A stretch of DNA of 64,000 nt from positions 32,431 through 96,430 of the forward strand of contig JACQZN010000082.1 of assembly GCA_016213845.1 (NCBI GenBank). Direction: 5' to 3'. The stretch comes from Candidatus Wallbacteria bacterium (lineage in GTDB: Bacteria; Muiribacteriota; UBA6191; JACPRK01). Made by a program: the position numbers and the translations under genes. A model generated the notes under the pieces. It was not told where the DNA came from and did no database searches. It worked only from the letters and a program-made list of their open reading frames with translations. The first letter of the stretch is position 1, and the number at the start of each line of letters is the position of its first letter. Shown here piece by piece: positions 8,500-17,894 of this stretch.

Positions 8500-10817
8500 G
8501 GCTCTGCGCTGAGCGCCGCCAGCAGGCGGGCCGGTGTGATCGGTGCCGTTCGCAGCCGTCTGCCCGTCGCGTTCGCGACGGCGTTGGCGATGGCCGCGGC
8601 GACCGGGATGATCGGGGGCTCGCCGCTGCCTTTGGCGCCGATGTTGTTGGCCGGGTAGGGAGGTGCTGCGTCGATCACCTCGATCTCGGGCGGGGAGTCG
8701 AGGACCGTCGGGATCTTGTAGTCGAGGAGGCCGGCGTTGAGCTGGCGACCGGTGCCCGGGTCGCGGGTGCGTTGCTCGAGCAGCGCATAGCCGATGCCCT
8801 GGAGGACGCCGCCCTGGATCTGGCTCGACCAGGTGGCCGGGTTGAGGACTCTCCCGCAGTCGTGGGCCGAAACGAAGCGCTTCACGCGTACCGTGCCGAA
8901 CCGGCAGTCGACCTCGACCTGCGCGAACTGGGCAGAGAAGCTGGCGAGGACCACGCCGTCGGGATTGGGCCCCCGCTGGGACGTGCCCACGATCATCCTC
9001 GCCGGAAGGCTTGCTGCGATCGAGGCGACGGCCACGCTCTTTCCCGTGACTGCATGACGCACCTTGCCGCGCATGACGAGAAGCGATGACGCGGGCGCCC
9101 CGAGAATGGGACTCGCCGCATCGAGGAGCTGGCGTTTCACCTCTGCGGCCGCGAGGCGAACCGCAGGCCCTGTGGAGGCGACGGTCAGGCTGCCGAAGCT
9201 GGGCAGGCAATAGGGAGTCGTGCGCGTGTCGCCGTTGGCGACGAGCACCGCCGAGACCGCGACACCGAGCTCCTCGGCTGCGATCTGCGTCATGACGGTT
9301 CGCGTGCCGGTGCCGAGGTCGCAGGCGCCCGTGAGCACGACGACGCTGCCGTCCTCGTGGAGCACGATCTGGGCGACGGCGGGCGGACCGCCGCCGGCGC
9401 CCCAGGTGGCGATGGCCACGCCCAGGCCGCTGCGGAATCGGCCGGTCTTGGTCCGGGGCGGCTTCCGGCTGTCCCAGCCGATGGCCTTAGCCCCGAGCCG
9501 CAGGCAGGAGGCGAGCCCGTTGCTGGCATAGGGCAGGCCGGAGTCCGGGTCGTTGGCGCTCAGATTGGCGAGCCTGAGCCGGACGGGGTCGAGCCCGAGC
9601 TCGTCGGCGGCCTCGTCCACGAGCTGTTCGAGCGCGAAGGCGCCCTGCACGTGGCCGGGCGCTCGGAACGCGCTGGGGGGCGGCGAGCTGGTGAGGATGG
9701 CGTAGTTCTCGGTGCGGACGTTTGCGCAGGAGTAGAAGTCCTGCACCGGGCCGACGCAGCTTCCGAAGTAGTGTCCCTCGAGGGCGGAACCCACGGGGTT
9801 GACCGCGCGCGACGTGAGCGCCACGATGCGGCCTCGCCTGGTCAGTCCTATGGCCAACTGCTGGCGTGAGGCTGGCCTGTAAGCACCCGCTTCGAAGTCC
9901 TCCCGTCGTGAGAGCACCATACGGACCGGCCGGCCCGATCGGCGCGCCAGGAGTGCGGCCAGCAGCGTGTAACGGTCCGCCGAGTTCTTGCTTCCGAACC
10001 CGCCCCCCATGAACGGGCAGAGGACGCGCACCCGGGACGCCGGCAGCCCGAGCGCCTCGCAGAGGGCCGATCGGACGAAAAAGACCCCTTGAGTCGATTC
10101 CCAGACGGTCAGTCCGTCCCCGTCCCACGCGGCGACGGCGCCGTGAGTCTCCAGGCAGGCGTGCTGGGCGGCCGGGGTCTCGTAGATCCGCTCGAGCGTG
10201 ACCTCCGCTGCTTCGAGCGCTGCCGGTGCATCGCCCCGCTCGTAAACCTCGGGCTTTCCGGGCGTCTGCGGGCCAAACCCGCCTCCCAGGACGTTGCCTC
10301 CGGGCTGGAGCGCGGGCGCCCCTGGAGCCATCGCATCCTCCGGCTCCAGAACGTGAGGCAGCGGCTCCCAGCGCACCCGGATGAGCGAGAGCGCTTCCTC
10401 GGCCGTCTCCTCGTCCGTGGCGGCCAGCGCGGCGATCTCCTCGCCCGCATACGATGCCTCTGCCGAGAGCACCTCCCGCCCGCCGAGCCGGACTCCGCGC
10501 ACGTCCCCGGGGCCGAGCACGGCCAGCACGCCGGGCAGCTTGGCCGCCGCCGACAGTCCCAGCTCCGCCACGCGGGCCCTGGCGTGCGGGCTGCGGAGCA
10601 CCTTGCCGTACAGCATCCCGGGAAGCTGCACGTCATGCGTGTAACGCGCAGCGCCTGTCACCTTGTCGGGGCCGTCCACGCGTCGCAGCGACTTGCCCAC
10701 GAGGGTCGTCTTGCCCCACGGTGGGAGCTGTCGTTCCATCTGCGCCCGGACCTTGACCTTGCGCCCCTCGATCTCGAGCTCGGTCTCGACGGTTTTCTCG
10801 GCGCAGTCGTCGCTCAT
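8496..10817 (-). CDS. Molybdopterin-binding (large) subunit of a xanthine-dehydrogenase-family Mo hydroxylase
   Basis: 773 aa, with GGGFGSK and FRAPGHVQGAFALE active-site-loop motifs typical of XDH/aldehyde-oxidoreductase-family large subunits. It is not the AYxCSFR signature of form-I CO dehydrogenase. It is flanked by small and medium subunit genes with overlapping stop/starts. Confidence 0.85.
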   Translation of the reverse strand: MSDDCAEKTVETELEIEGRKVKVRAQMERQLPPWGKTTLVGKSLRRVDGPDKVTGAARYTHDVQLPGMLYGKVLRSPHARARVAELGLSAAAKLPGVLAVLGPGDVRGVRLGGREVLSAEASYAGEEIAALAATDEETAEEALSLIRVRWEPLPHVLEPEDAMAPGAPALQPGGNVLGGGFGPQTPGKPEVYERGDAPAALEAAEVTLERIYETPAAQHACLETHGAVAAWDGDGLTVWESTQGVFFVRSALCEALGLPASRVRVLCPFMGGGFGSKNSADRYTLLAALLARRSGRPVRMVLSRREDFEAGAYRPASRQQLAIGLTRRGRIVALTSRAVNPVGSALEGHYFGSCVGPVQDFYSCANVRTENYAILTSSPPPSAFRAPGHVQGAFALEQLVDEAADELGLDPVRLRLANLSANDPDSGLPYASNGLASCLRLGAKAIGWDSRKPPRTKTGRFRSGLGVAIATWGAGGGPPAVAQIVLHEDGSVVVLTGACDLGTGTRTVMTQIAAEELGVAVSAVLVANGDTRTTPYCLPSFGSLTVASTGPAVRLAAAEVKRQLLDAASPILGAPASSLLVMRGKVRHAVTGKSVAVASIAASLPARMIVGTSQRGPNPDGVVLASFSAQFAQVEVDCRFGTVRVKRFVSAHDCGRVLNPATWSSQIQGGVLQGIGYALLEQRTRDPGTGRQLNAGLLDYKIPTVLDSPPEIEVIDAAPPYPANNIGAKGSGEPPIIPVAAAIANAVANATGRRLRTAPITPARLLAALSAEP

Positions 10818-11341
10818 CTTTCAGGCTCCCGCCTGGCCGCCGCCGCGCGCAGCACGGCCGTCGCAATCTTCACGTAGCAGCCGCACCGGCAGAGGTTGCC
10901 GGAAAGCGCCCGCCGGACGCACTCCCGGTCCGGGGACGGCTCGGCGTCGAGCAGCGCCTTGGCCGCCAGGATCTGCCCCGGGATGCAGAAGCCGCACTGC
11001 AGTGCGTCATCGGCCAGAAAGGCCTCCTGGAGGGGATCGAGCCGCTCCGGCGTGCCCAGTCCCTCGATCGTCATGACGCGCCTTCCCGAGGTCTCTGCGG
11101 CGAGTACGCAGCAGGCGTAGACGGCCACTCCGTCGAGCAGAACCGTGCATGCGCCGCACTCCCCGGCGTTGCATCCTTCCTTCGCGCCCGTCAGTCCGGC
11201 CGACTTCCGGAGGAACTCGAGCAGGGTCCAGTGGTCCGGAACCGACGCGCGCGTGACACGCCCGTTGAGCTCGAGCTCGATCTGGGTGACGTGCCGCGCC
11301 GCCGGTGACTTCGCCGATCTCGTGGCCGCGCGCCTCGCCAT
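10814..11341 (-). CDS. (2Fe-2S)-binding small subunit of a Mo hydroxylase (CoxS-like)
   Basis: Plant-type ferredoxin cluster CNAGECGACTV and a second cluster CGFCIPG..CRCGCY. An alternative GTG start about 17 codons downstream is possible. Confidence 0.85.
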   Translation of the reverse strand: MARRAATRSAKSPAARHVTQIELELNGRVTRASVPDHWTLLEFLRKSAGLTGAKEGCNAGECGACTVLLDGVAVYACCVLAAETSGRRVMTIEGLGTPERLDPLQEAFLADDALQCGFCIPGQILAAKALLDAEPSPDRECVRRALSGNLCRCGCYVKIATAVLRAAAARREPER

Positions 11342-11351
11342 CGTCCGCCGC

Positions 11352-12416
11352 CTAGAGGAGCTTGGCCAGCAGATCCTGGTCGTTGATCCGCTTGGCCACG
11401 TCTTCGATGTCGATCATCCCTTGCGCCAGGAACTTGCGGAGCTCTTGCTCCAGGCTCTGCATTCCGTACTTCAAGCCGGTCTGGATGATGGTCGGGATCT
11501 GGTGCAGCTTCTCCTCGCGAATCAGGGAGCGGATGGCCGGGGTGCACACCATGATCTCCTGCACGGCCACTCGTCCGGGCTTGTCCTTGCGCGGGATGAG
11601 CAGCTGGGCCACGACGCCCTGGAGGCTGTCGGCCAGCATCGCTCGGATCTGGCCCTTCTCGCCGGCCGGGAACACATCGATGATGCGCGTCACGGTCTTG
11701 GGCGCGCTGTTGGTGTGCAACGTCCCGAACACGAGGTGGCCGGTCTCGGCGGCCGTCAGCGCCAGGCTGATCGTCTCCATGTCCCGCATCTCGCCCACCA
11801 GGATGCAGTCGGGGTCTTCGCGCAGCGCTGACTTGAGGGCGTTGGCAAAGCTGAGCGTGCTGTTGCCGACCTCACGCTGGTTGATGAGGCTCTGGCGACT
11901 CGGGTGGACGAACTCGATGGGGTCCTCCACCGTGATGATGTGGCGCTTGTGGTTGCGGTTGATGTCGTCGATCATTGCCGCCAGCGTCGTCGACTTGCCG
12001 CTTCCGGTGGGACCCGTCACGACGACCAGGCCCTTCTCCAGGGCGGCCAGCTTGCGGCAGGCTTCCGGGAGTCCGAGCTGCTCGAAGGTCTTGATCTCGG
12101 TGGGAATGACGCGGAAGACTGCCGCCAGGCCGTTGCGGTTCCAGAAGATGTTGCCGCGGAAACGGGCGACGTTGGGGATCTCCAGGGCGAAGTCGAGCTC
12201 CTTCTTCGTCTCGAGGGTCTTGGCCCGCTCGGGCGTGAGGGCCTGCACGAGGATGCCCTTGACCGCCTCGGCCGACTGCGGGTCCGGGCCGGCCATCTCG
12301 ACGGGGGTCAGGTGGCCGTTGAGCCGTGTGACCATGATCGCCCCGGAGGAGATGTGGAGGTCGGAGGAGCCGGAGGTCTTGGTGTAGGTGAGGAGGTCTG
12401 CGAGTTTCAGCGTCAC
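11352..12416 (-). CDS. pilT: Type IV pilus retraction ATPase PilT
   Basis: Walker A GPTGSGKST, Asp box, Walker B/His box (GEMRD..TLHTNSA) and a PilT-type N-terminus (SDLHISSGAIMV). Only 10 bp separate it from the coxS-like start. Confidence 0.9.
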   Translation of the reverse strand: MTLKLADLLTYTKTSGSSDLHISSGAIMVTRLNGHLTPVEMAGPDPQSAEAVKGILVQALTPERAKTLETKKELDFALEIPNVARFRGNIFWNRNGLAAVFRVIPTEIKTFEQLGLPEACRKLAALEKGLVVVTGPTGSGKSTTLAAMIDDINRNHKRHIITVEDPIEFVHPSRQSLINQREVGNSTLSFANALKSALREDPDCILVGEMRDMETISLALTAAETGHLVFGTLHTNSAPKTVTRIIDVFPAGEKGQIRAMLADSLQGVVAQLLIPRKDKPGRVAVQEIMVCTPAIRSLIREEKLHQIPTIIQTGLKYGMQSLEQELRKFLAQGMIDIEDVAKRINDQDLLAKLL

Positions 12417-14008
12417 GACAGCTCCTCCAGGCCGATCCGGCCCGAGGTGACCCAGGCGATCTCGGCGCAGTCACGGTCGGCCAGGCGTACCGCATCGGCG
12501 AGGCGACCCTCACGCAACGCCGCGCGGGCGCGGGGCGTGATGACGAGGCGTTCGGCCAGGAGCAGGCGGCCGGCGTGGCCCGTCCCCTTGCAGGCATCGC
12601 ATCCGGGCGCCTCGAACCAGCCGCCTTCGGCGAGTGCCGAGGCGTGGAGCTCCTCGAGATGTCCGAGAAGCTGGCGCTTCTCGGTGGTATCGACCGGGGT
12701 CCGGCAGCTCTCACAAAGCTGGGCCACGGCGCGCACGGCGACGGCTGTCCCGGCGGTTGCGGCGACCAGGGCCCGGCGGCTCTCGCCGGTCGAGAACATC
12801 TGCGCCACAACGTCCGCGGCCCGCCGATAGCCGAGCTCGATCAGGATGCACGGGCCTGCCACCGATGCTTCGAGTGCCGCGCTCAGATCGTCGGGGTTGG
12901 GCGCCAGGTGGATCACGTCCGGCGCCAACGCCAGCGCGCTCGCCAGCCGATCGGCAAAGGGGCGATTCGAGGCCGGCAGCTCCAGCACGCCCGTGGCGGA
13001 AGCGGTCTGCAGCGTGACGACCTTCAGGCCAGCTGCGGCTGCGGCACCGAGCAACGCGGTGCCGAGCCCGGCGCACTCGGGAATGCCGCGCGGTGCTCCG
13101 AGACCGACGAGCTGTCCGGCGCGACCCAGGTCCGCGACGATGCGCGCCGCCAGCGCTGCGTCGCCCAGGATCTCTTCGGCCGAACGGGAGCCCGCGCCGC
13201 TGGCGACCGGGTCGATCCGGATGACGGCAGATCCGCCGCCGGCCGTCGGGGTGTAGGAGAAGGTCATCTCGACGTCCTTGCCCCCGAGCTGCGAGCGGAC
13301 GCCCGGCTTCAGGTACTCGCCCAGGTCGAACGGATCGACGCCTGCGAGCACGCGCAGCCGGGTGAACACGGAGAGCGCCATCATCGCCGGGAGGGTGGCC
13401 TTGGAGAGCAAGCGGCTTCCGACGCGGAAGCGGACGCGCAGTCCCTCCGGGTCGGAGTCGAAATGAATCTGGCGCGCGCCCTCGGCTGCGGCGCCCAGAA
13501 GCTGTTGGTAGACCAGCGCGATTCCGGTGCCGTCCTCTACCGCCACGGCCGTCGCCTCGGCCTCCGCGGATTGCCGTCCAAGGATGGCTCGCAGGATCTC
13601 ACTCACGTTTCCCTTGGCAGCGATGGAGACGTTCAGTGGCTTGGACGAGACCCTTCCGAGCATCTCGTGGGCCGCCTGGTCCCAGGGATCGACCATCGCC
13701 ACGCTGAGCTCCTCGGCGTCCTCGAAGAGCGGCACGACGCCGTGCTTGACGAGCGCGCCGCCGGAGAAGCGCCGCGCCAGGTCGCGATCGACCATGTCGG
13801 CGGACAGGTGCAAGTACGGGAGGCCGGTCTCGCCGCTCACGGCGAAGTGGATCTGGTCCTCGGTGATCATTCCGAGGCCGATGACGACTTCGGCGAACTT
13901 CGGGCCCTCGGCACCGCGCTTCTTGGCCTCGTCGAGCTGGTCCTGCGAAAGGAAGCCCCTGGAAAGCAGGAGCGGGGGAAGGTCTGGCCGCGCTGGCAGG
14001 TTCGTCAT
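12413..14008 (-). CDS. GspE/PilB-family protein with degenerate ATPase motifs (probable pseudo-ATPase) and an MshEN/T2SSE_N-like N-domain
   Basis: The N-terminus resembles a GspE_N/MshEN domain (LLLSRGFLSQDQLDEA..EVVIGLGMITEDQIHFA). The C-terminus retains the tetracysteine zinc motif (CESC...CDACKGTG). The expected P-loop position reads GLGAPRGIPECAGLGT, which is not GPTGSGKT. The Asp/His boxes are not recognisable. Confidence 0.65.
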   Translation of the reverse strand: MTNLPARPDLPPLLLSRGFLSQDQLDEAKKRGAEGPKFAEVVIGLGMITEDQIHFAVSGETGLPYLHLSADMVDRDLARRFSGGALVKHGVVPLFEDAEELSVAMVDPWDQAAHEMLGRVSSKPLNVSIAAKGNVSEILRAILGRQSAEAEATAVAVEDGTGIALVYQQLLGAAAEGARQIHFDSDPEGLRVRFRVGSRLLSKATLPAMMALSVFTRLRVLAGVDPFDLGEYLKPGVRSQLGGKDVEMTFSYTPTAGGGSAVIRIDPVASGAGSRSAEEILGDAALAARIVADLGRAGQLVGLGAPRGIPECAGLGTALLGAAAAAGLKVVTLQTASATGVLELPASNRPFADRLASALALAPDVIHLAPNPDDLSAALEASVAGPCILIELGYRRAADVVAQMFSTGESRRALVAATAGTAVAVRAVAQLCESCRTPVDTTEKRQLLGHLEELHASALAEGGWFEAPGCDACKGTGHAGRLLLAERLVITPRARAALREGRLADAVRLADRDCAEIAWVTSGRIGLEELS

Positions 14009-14014
14009 CGCTGG

Positions 14015-14401
14015 TCAGGGTTTCTGCGTCAGGCGGGCGATGTGGCCGAGCAGGGCAGCCTCGTCGGCAGGCTTGTCCATGTAGACGGCGGCGCCCAGGC
14101 CGGCACCGATGTCGCGGAAGGTCTGCTCGTTCTTGGTCGTCAGCATGATGACGGGGATTCCTTTGGTGGAATCGTTGCCCTTCAGGGTCATCAAGGCGGT
14201 GTAGCCGTCCATCTTCGGCATCATCACGTCGAGCAGGATCAGGTCCGGCAATTCCTTCTTGGCCAGATCCACCGCGACGGAACCATCTTCGGCCTCCAGG
14301 ACCTGGAAGCCCGCCGCCGAGAGAAGGTCGGTCATCTGGGTCCGGTAGAGGAGACTGTCGTCAGCGACGAGGATCTTCAGCGTGCGCGCGCCATCGGTCA
14401 T
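14015..14401 (-). CDS. Single-domain response regulator (CheY-like receiver)
   Basis: ILVADDS...LPDLILLDVMMPKMDG...IPVIMLTTK. It is 6 bp upstream of the GspE-like gene. Confidence 0.85.
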   Translation of the reverse strand: MTDGARTLKILVADDSLLYRTQMTDLLSAAGFQVLEAEDGSVAVDLAKKELPDLILLDVMMPKMDGYTALMTLKGNDSTKGIPVIMLTTKNEQTFRDIGAGLGAAVYMDKPADEAALLGHIARLTQKP

Positions 14402-14544
14402 CGGTTTGAAAACCTCCTGGGCCGGCTTGCCACGATTGCCGGCTCGACACTTCGTAGCAGAGCGGCGCAGGCGGCGTCAACCGCGGTACCGACTGTGGGT
14501 GTGTCGGAAGGGCCGAATCGAGGGCAATCTCCTATAATGAAAGA

Positions 14545-15396
14545 GTGGACGGCGACGCGGACGGGCTGCGCGGGGCGTTTGCGGAGGCTGTCGGGTGCCG
14601 CGACGAGGCGATCGACCTGGCTCGCGCTGCGCTCTTGATCGCCCAGCGGGAGTATCGGGGGCTGGACGTCGGTGCCTACATGGCGCGGATTGACGGGATG
14701 GCGGACGCGATCCGGTCCCGGCTGCCCAGAGGTGCGCGCGCGGACCGGATCACCTCCGAGATGAACCGCTACCTCTTCGAAGAGCTGGGCCTCAAGGGCA
14801 ACGCGGCCGACTACTACGATCCGCGCAACAGCTTTCTGAACGACGTGATCGACCGGAAGCTGGGGATTCCCATCACGCTCTGCATTCTCTATATGGAGGT
14901 TGGCCGGAGGCTGGGTGTGCGGCTCGACGGGATCTCGTTTCCGGGCCACTTCCTGGTGAAGCTGCGGCTGCCCGACGGCGATCTCATCCTCGATCCCTAC
15001 CATCGGGGGATGGTGCTGGACGAGGACGCGCTGCAGCGGCAGATCGACGAGGCGCTCAGTCCGCTGCCGCCGGCCGAGGAGCGGGTGCAGAAGTGGCTCG
15101 TCTCGGCCACCAAGCGGGACGTGCTGGCCCGGATGCTGCGCAATCTGAAGGCGATCTACACCAGCGCCAACGACCTGGAGCGCGCGCTGGGCGCCGCCGA
15201 CTGGATACTGGTGGCGACGCCGGATGTGCCCGCTGAAGTCCGCGACCGCGCGACCCTGCACGACCGGCTGCAGCACGGGCCGGCCGCTTTGACGGACTAC
15301 GTGCGTTACCTGAAGCTGGCGCCCGACGCCGACGACACGGACGAAGTCCGGGCGCGCGTGGAGCAGCTGCGCAAGAGCTTCGGCGTGCTGAACTGA
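14545..15396 (+). CDS. SirB1-N/transglutaminase-like family protein (UPF0162)
   Basis: GTG start. Motif block NPLxL..ILYMEVGRRLGVRLDGISFPGHFLVKL..DLILDPYHRG resembles YchA/SirB1-family proteins. Confidence 0.6.
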   Translation: MDGDADGLRGAFAEAVGCRDEAIDLARAALLIAQREYRGLDVGAYMARIDGMADAIRSRLPRGARADRITSEMNRYLFEELGLKGNAADYYDPRNSFLNDVIDRKLGIPITLCILYMEVGRRLGVRLDGISFPGHFLVKLRLPDGDLILDPYHRGMVLDEDALQRQIDEALSPLPPAEERVQKWLVSATKRDVLARMLRNLKAIYTSANDLERALGAADWILVATPDVPAEVRDRATLHDRLQHGPAALTDYVRYLKLAPDADDTDEVRARVEQLRKSFGVLN

Positions 15397-15412
15397 GAGG
15401 AAGAGGGCGGGG

Positions 15413-17830
15413 CTACTTTCGCAGGGGGAGAGTGAAGGCGCCGATGCCTTCGCGGTGGTTGACGATCAGGGCCACGATGCGTTCGGGCAGGACCACGAAG
15501 CGGACGACCTTCGGGACCAGCATCGGGAGTACGACCTTTCCGGCCGGCTCCCAGGAGACCAGGTCGCGAGAGCGGTAGAAAACGACGATGGCGGGGCCGG
15601 CGGGATGGGTGATGTCGAGCGTGACGCCGGCGACGTAGACGGTGCCGCCGGCGATGGCGACGGCGGGCTCCCACTGGAGGTACTTCTCACGGAAGGGGAC
15701 CGCGACCGTTCGGAACGCGGCGCCGTCGTCCTGGCTGACGCAGAGCCGCACGCCGGCGGGCACGGAGTAGGCGACGGCAACGGTGCCGTTGGCGGCGGCG
15801 GCGTCGACGTCACTCTTCATGCCTTCGTCGTAGGCGACGAGGCTTCGAACGGGCGCCCACGGACCCTGATCGGGGTCGAGGGTGTGAGTCCACAGGAGCG
15901 TCTTCCTGTCGTCGTCGTCTTCGAGCTGGGAGAAAGCGAGCAGGCGGCGGCCGCTGTGCAGCAGGATGGCGCAGGTCCGGGAGGCGTGCCGGTGCACGAG
16001 CTGGGTGGAGGCCTTGCCCGAGCGCAGCGTCCTGCGGGCGGAGTCGACGTCGGCCCATCGGATGCTCACGTCGTTGCCAGGTGCCCACGGGCCGAAGGTG
16101 AGCAGATCGAAGCGACCGCCGCCCGCGGGCGCCAGGCCGGGATCGTGGAGCGAGCCGAAGGTTTCGAGGGGCGGGCTCCAGGCTGGCTGGTCCGGCCGCC
16201 GGAAGCGGATTTGCACCGTATCGCCCGCGGGCTTCGCGAGCACCCACGCGACGGCGGCGCTTGTGCCGTCGGCGGCCAGCGCGATTCTGCTGTTCGCGCC
16301 GGGGTCGTCGGGGAGGGTCTGGGGCTCGGTCCAGGTGACGCCGCCGTCTGGGCTCTCGGCCGTACAGATGAGCTTCCTGGTCTCGAGGTCCCTTCGCCAC
16401 GCCGCGTAAATCGTCTCGCCGGCGGCTGCGATGGCACAGGCATTGTCGGGTTTGATCGAATCGACATAGGTGGCCGTGCCTCCTCCGAGGTCGGCGACTC
16501 GCCGGGTCCGGAAGGCGAGATGGGCGCGGCCGCCGGGCCATTCGAGCGCGCCCGTGTACGCGGTGTCGGGCTTCAGTCCCGCGACCATGGCGCTCTTCGC
16601 GTTATCGCTTATGGGGAGGCGGGACCAGGACGGCGTAGAGGAGCCGGAAGGTCCGAAGGATAGGATGAGTTGTTTTGGGATGCCGCCGGCGAGCCAGACG
16701 CGGGCACGGTCGTGGGAGGTCGACACCTGGGCGACCCGCGGGGGAGTGGGCGCCGGCTTCGCCACGGCTGGTGGAGCCTCCGCCGGAGCGGGGGGCGGAG
16801 GCTCCTGGCGGCGAGGCCATGCGGCCGCCGCGGCCAGAACCAGGGCGAGCCCCACGGCCGCGGCAAGCGGGGCGCGCTTTCCGCCGGCAGCAGCTACGAA
16901 GGGCGGCGTCGCGCTCGGGAGCTCCCGCGAGGAGCGCGTCCGAGCGACGGCGCTCTGGAGCTGGCCGCTGCCCCGGCTCACACGCGTGGCCGCGCGCACG
17001 GCTCTCGGAGCCTTCAACGCCTGGGGTGTCAGCGCCGCCAGCTCGGAGGCCAGCTCGTCGGCTGAGGGGCGGCTGGTCGGCTCCGGCGCAAGGCAACGTA
17101 GGACCAGCTGTCCGAGCGCCGGTGGAAGGGGCGAAGTCAGCCGGGCCAGCTCCTGGGAATCGCGGCGCAGCTGGGCCGACACCTCCTCCTGCATGTCGGC
17201 GGCGGCGAACGGGCGATGGCCCAGCAGCAGCTCGAAAAGGATCACGCCCAGCGCGTAGACGTCTGCAGCCGCGGTGGCGGGTTTGCCCCGGAGAACCTCG
17301 GGCGCCATGTAACCCGGAGTGCCGAGCAGGACGCCGGCCGCCGTCTTCAGGGAGCCGCCCTCGAGCTGGGCCTTGGCGAGGCCGAAATCGGCGACTTTCA
17401 CCACGTCCTCGCCGGTCAAGAGCAGGTTCTCGGGCTTGAGGTCCCGGTGGACGATGCCCGCATTGTGGGCGTGCGCCATCGCGGCGGCTGCGGCGCCCAG
17501 CCACGAGGCGGCTTCTCGAGGGGGACGCGCTCCCAGACGCTCCAGACGGTCCCGGATGGAGCCGCCGGTCACCAGTTCGCAGACGAGGTACGGCCGGTCC
17601 TCGGTGAACCCGGCGTCGAAGAGGGCCAGCAGGTTCGGGTGGGAGAGGCCTGCCTGGATGCGGGCTTCACGGAGGAAGCGGACACGGGTCTCCTCGGCGT
17701 CGAAGAGGCCGGGGGCCAGCAGCTTGATCGCCACGGGCCGGGAGAGGCCCGTCTGGACGGCTCGGTAGACGGTGGCCGAGGCCCCGGAAGCCAGTTCGGT
17801 CTCGATTGTGTATCCGGGGATTGTGACCAC
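15413..17830 (-). CDS. Ser/Thr protein kinase with Pro-rich linker, TM segment and extracellular BNR/sialidase-like beta-propeller
   Basis: Hanks kinase motifs (AIKLL, HRDLKPENLLL, DFGLAKA, GTPGYMAPE). A TM helix at LAAAVGLALVLAAAAAW is followed by BNR repeats SPDGGVTW and SQDDGAAF in the C-terminal 400 aa. Confidence 0.8.
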   Translation of the reverse strand: MVTIPGYTIETELASGASATVYRAVQTGLSRPVAIKLLAPGLFDAEETRVRFLREARIQAGLSHPNLLALFDAGFTEDRPYLVCELVTGGSIRDRLERLGARPPREAASWLGAAAAAMAHAHNAGIVHRDLKPENLLLTGEDVVKVADFGLAKAQLEGGSLKTAAGVLLGTPGYMAPEVLRGKPATAAADVYALGVILFELLLGHRPFAAADMQEEVSAQLRRDSQELARLTSPLPPALGQLVLRCLAPEPTSRPSADELASELAALTPQALKAPRAVRAATRVSRGSGQLQSAVARTRSSRELPSATPPFVAAAGGKRAPLAAAVGLALVLAAAAAWPRRQEPPPPAPAEAPPAVAKPAPTPPRVAQVSTSHDRARVWLAGGIPKQLILSFGPSGSSTPSWSRLPISDNAKSAMVAGLKPDTAYTGALEWPGGRAHLAFRTRRVADLGGGTATYVDSIKPDNACAIAAAGETIYAAWRRDLETRKLICTAESPDGGVTWTEPQTLPDDPGANSRIALAADGTSAAVAWVLAKPAGDTVQIRFRRPDQPAWSPPLETFGSLHDPGLAPAGGGRFDLLTFGPWAPGNDVSIRWADVDSARRTLRSGKASTQLVHRHASRTCAILLHSGRRLLAFSQLEDDDDRKTLLWTHTLDPDQGPWAPVRSLVAYDEGMKSDVDAAAANGTVAVAYSVPAGVRLCVSQDDGAAFRTVAVPFREKYLQWEPAVAIAGGTVYVAGVTLDITHPAGPAIVVFYRSRDLVSWEPAGKVVLPMLVPKVVRFVVLPERIVALIVNHREGIGAFTLPLRK

Positions 17831-17894
17831 GGTTCGATTCTACAGTCGACCGGCTTGCCATGCGGGCAGTGCTGCGGGTGTATGATGGCATGGG

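Noticed and set aside
8500-9210. N-terminal 237-codon extension of the coxM-like ORF in the six-frame track
   Set aside because: The extension overlaps the large-subunit gene in another frame and is Arg-rich junk. MKPFKLL at 8499 aligns with the FAD-subunit N-terminus and overlaps the upstream stop (ATGA).
8496-10817. Calling the Mo hydroxylase an aerobic CO dehydrogenase (coxL)
   Set aside because: The active-site loop reads FRAPGHVQG (generic XDH-family), not the AYxCSFR form-I CODH signature. The substrate is therefore unknown.
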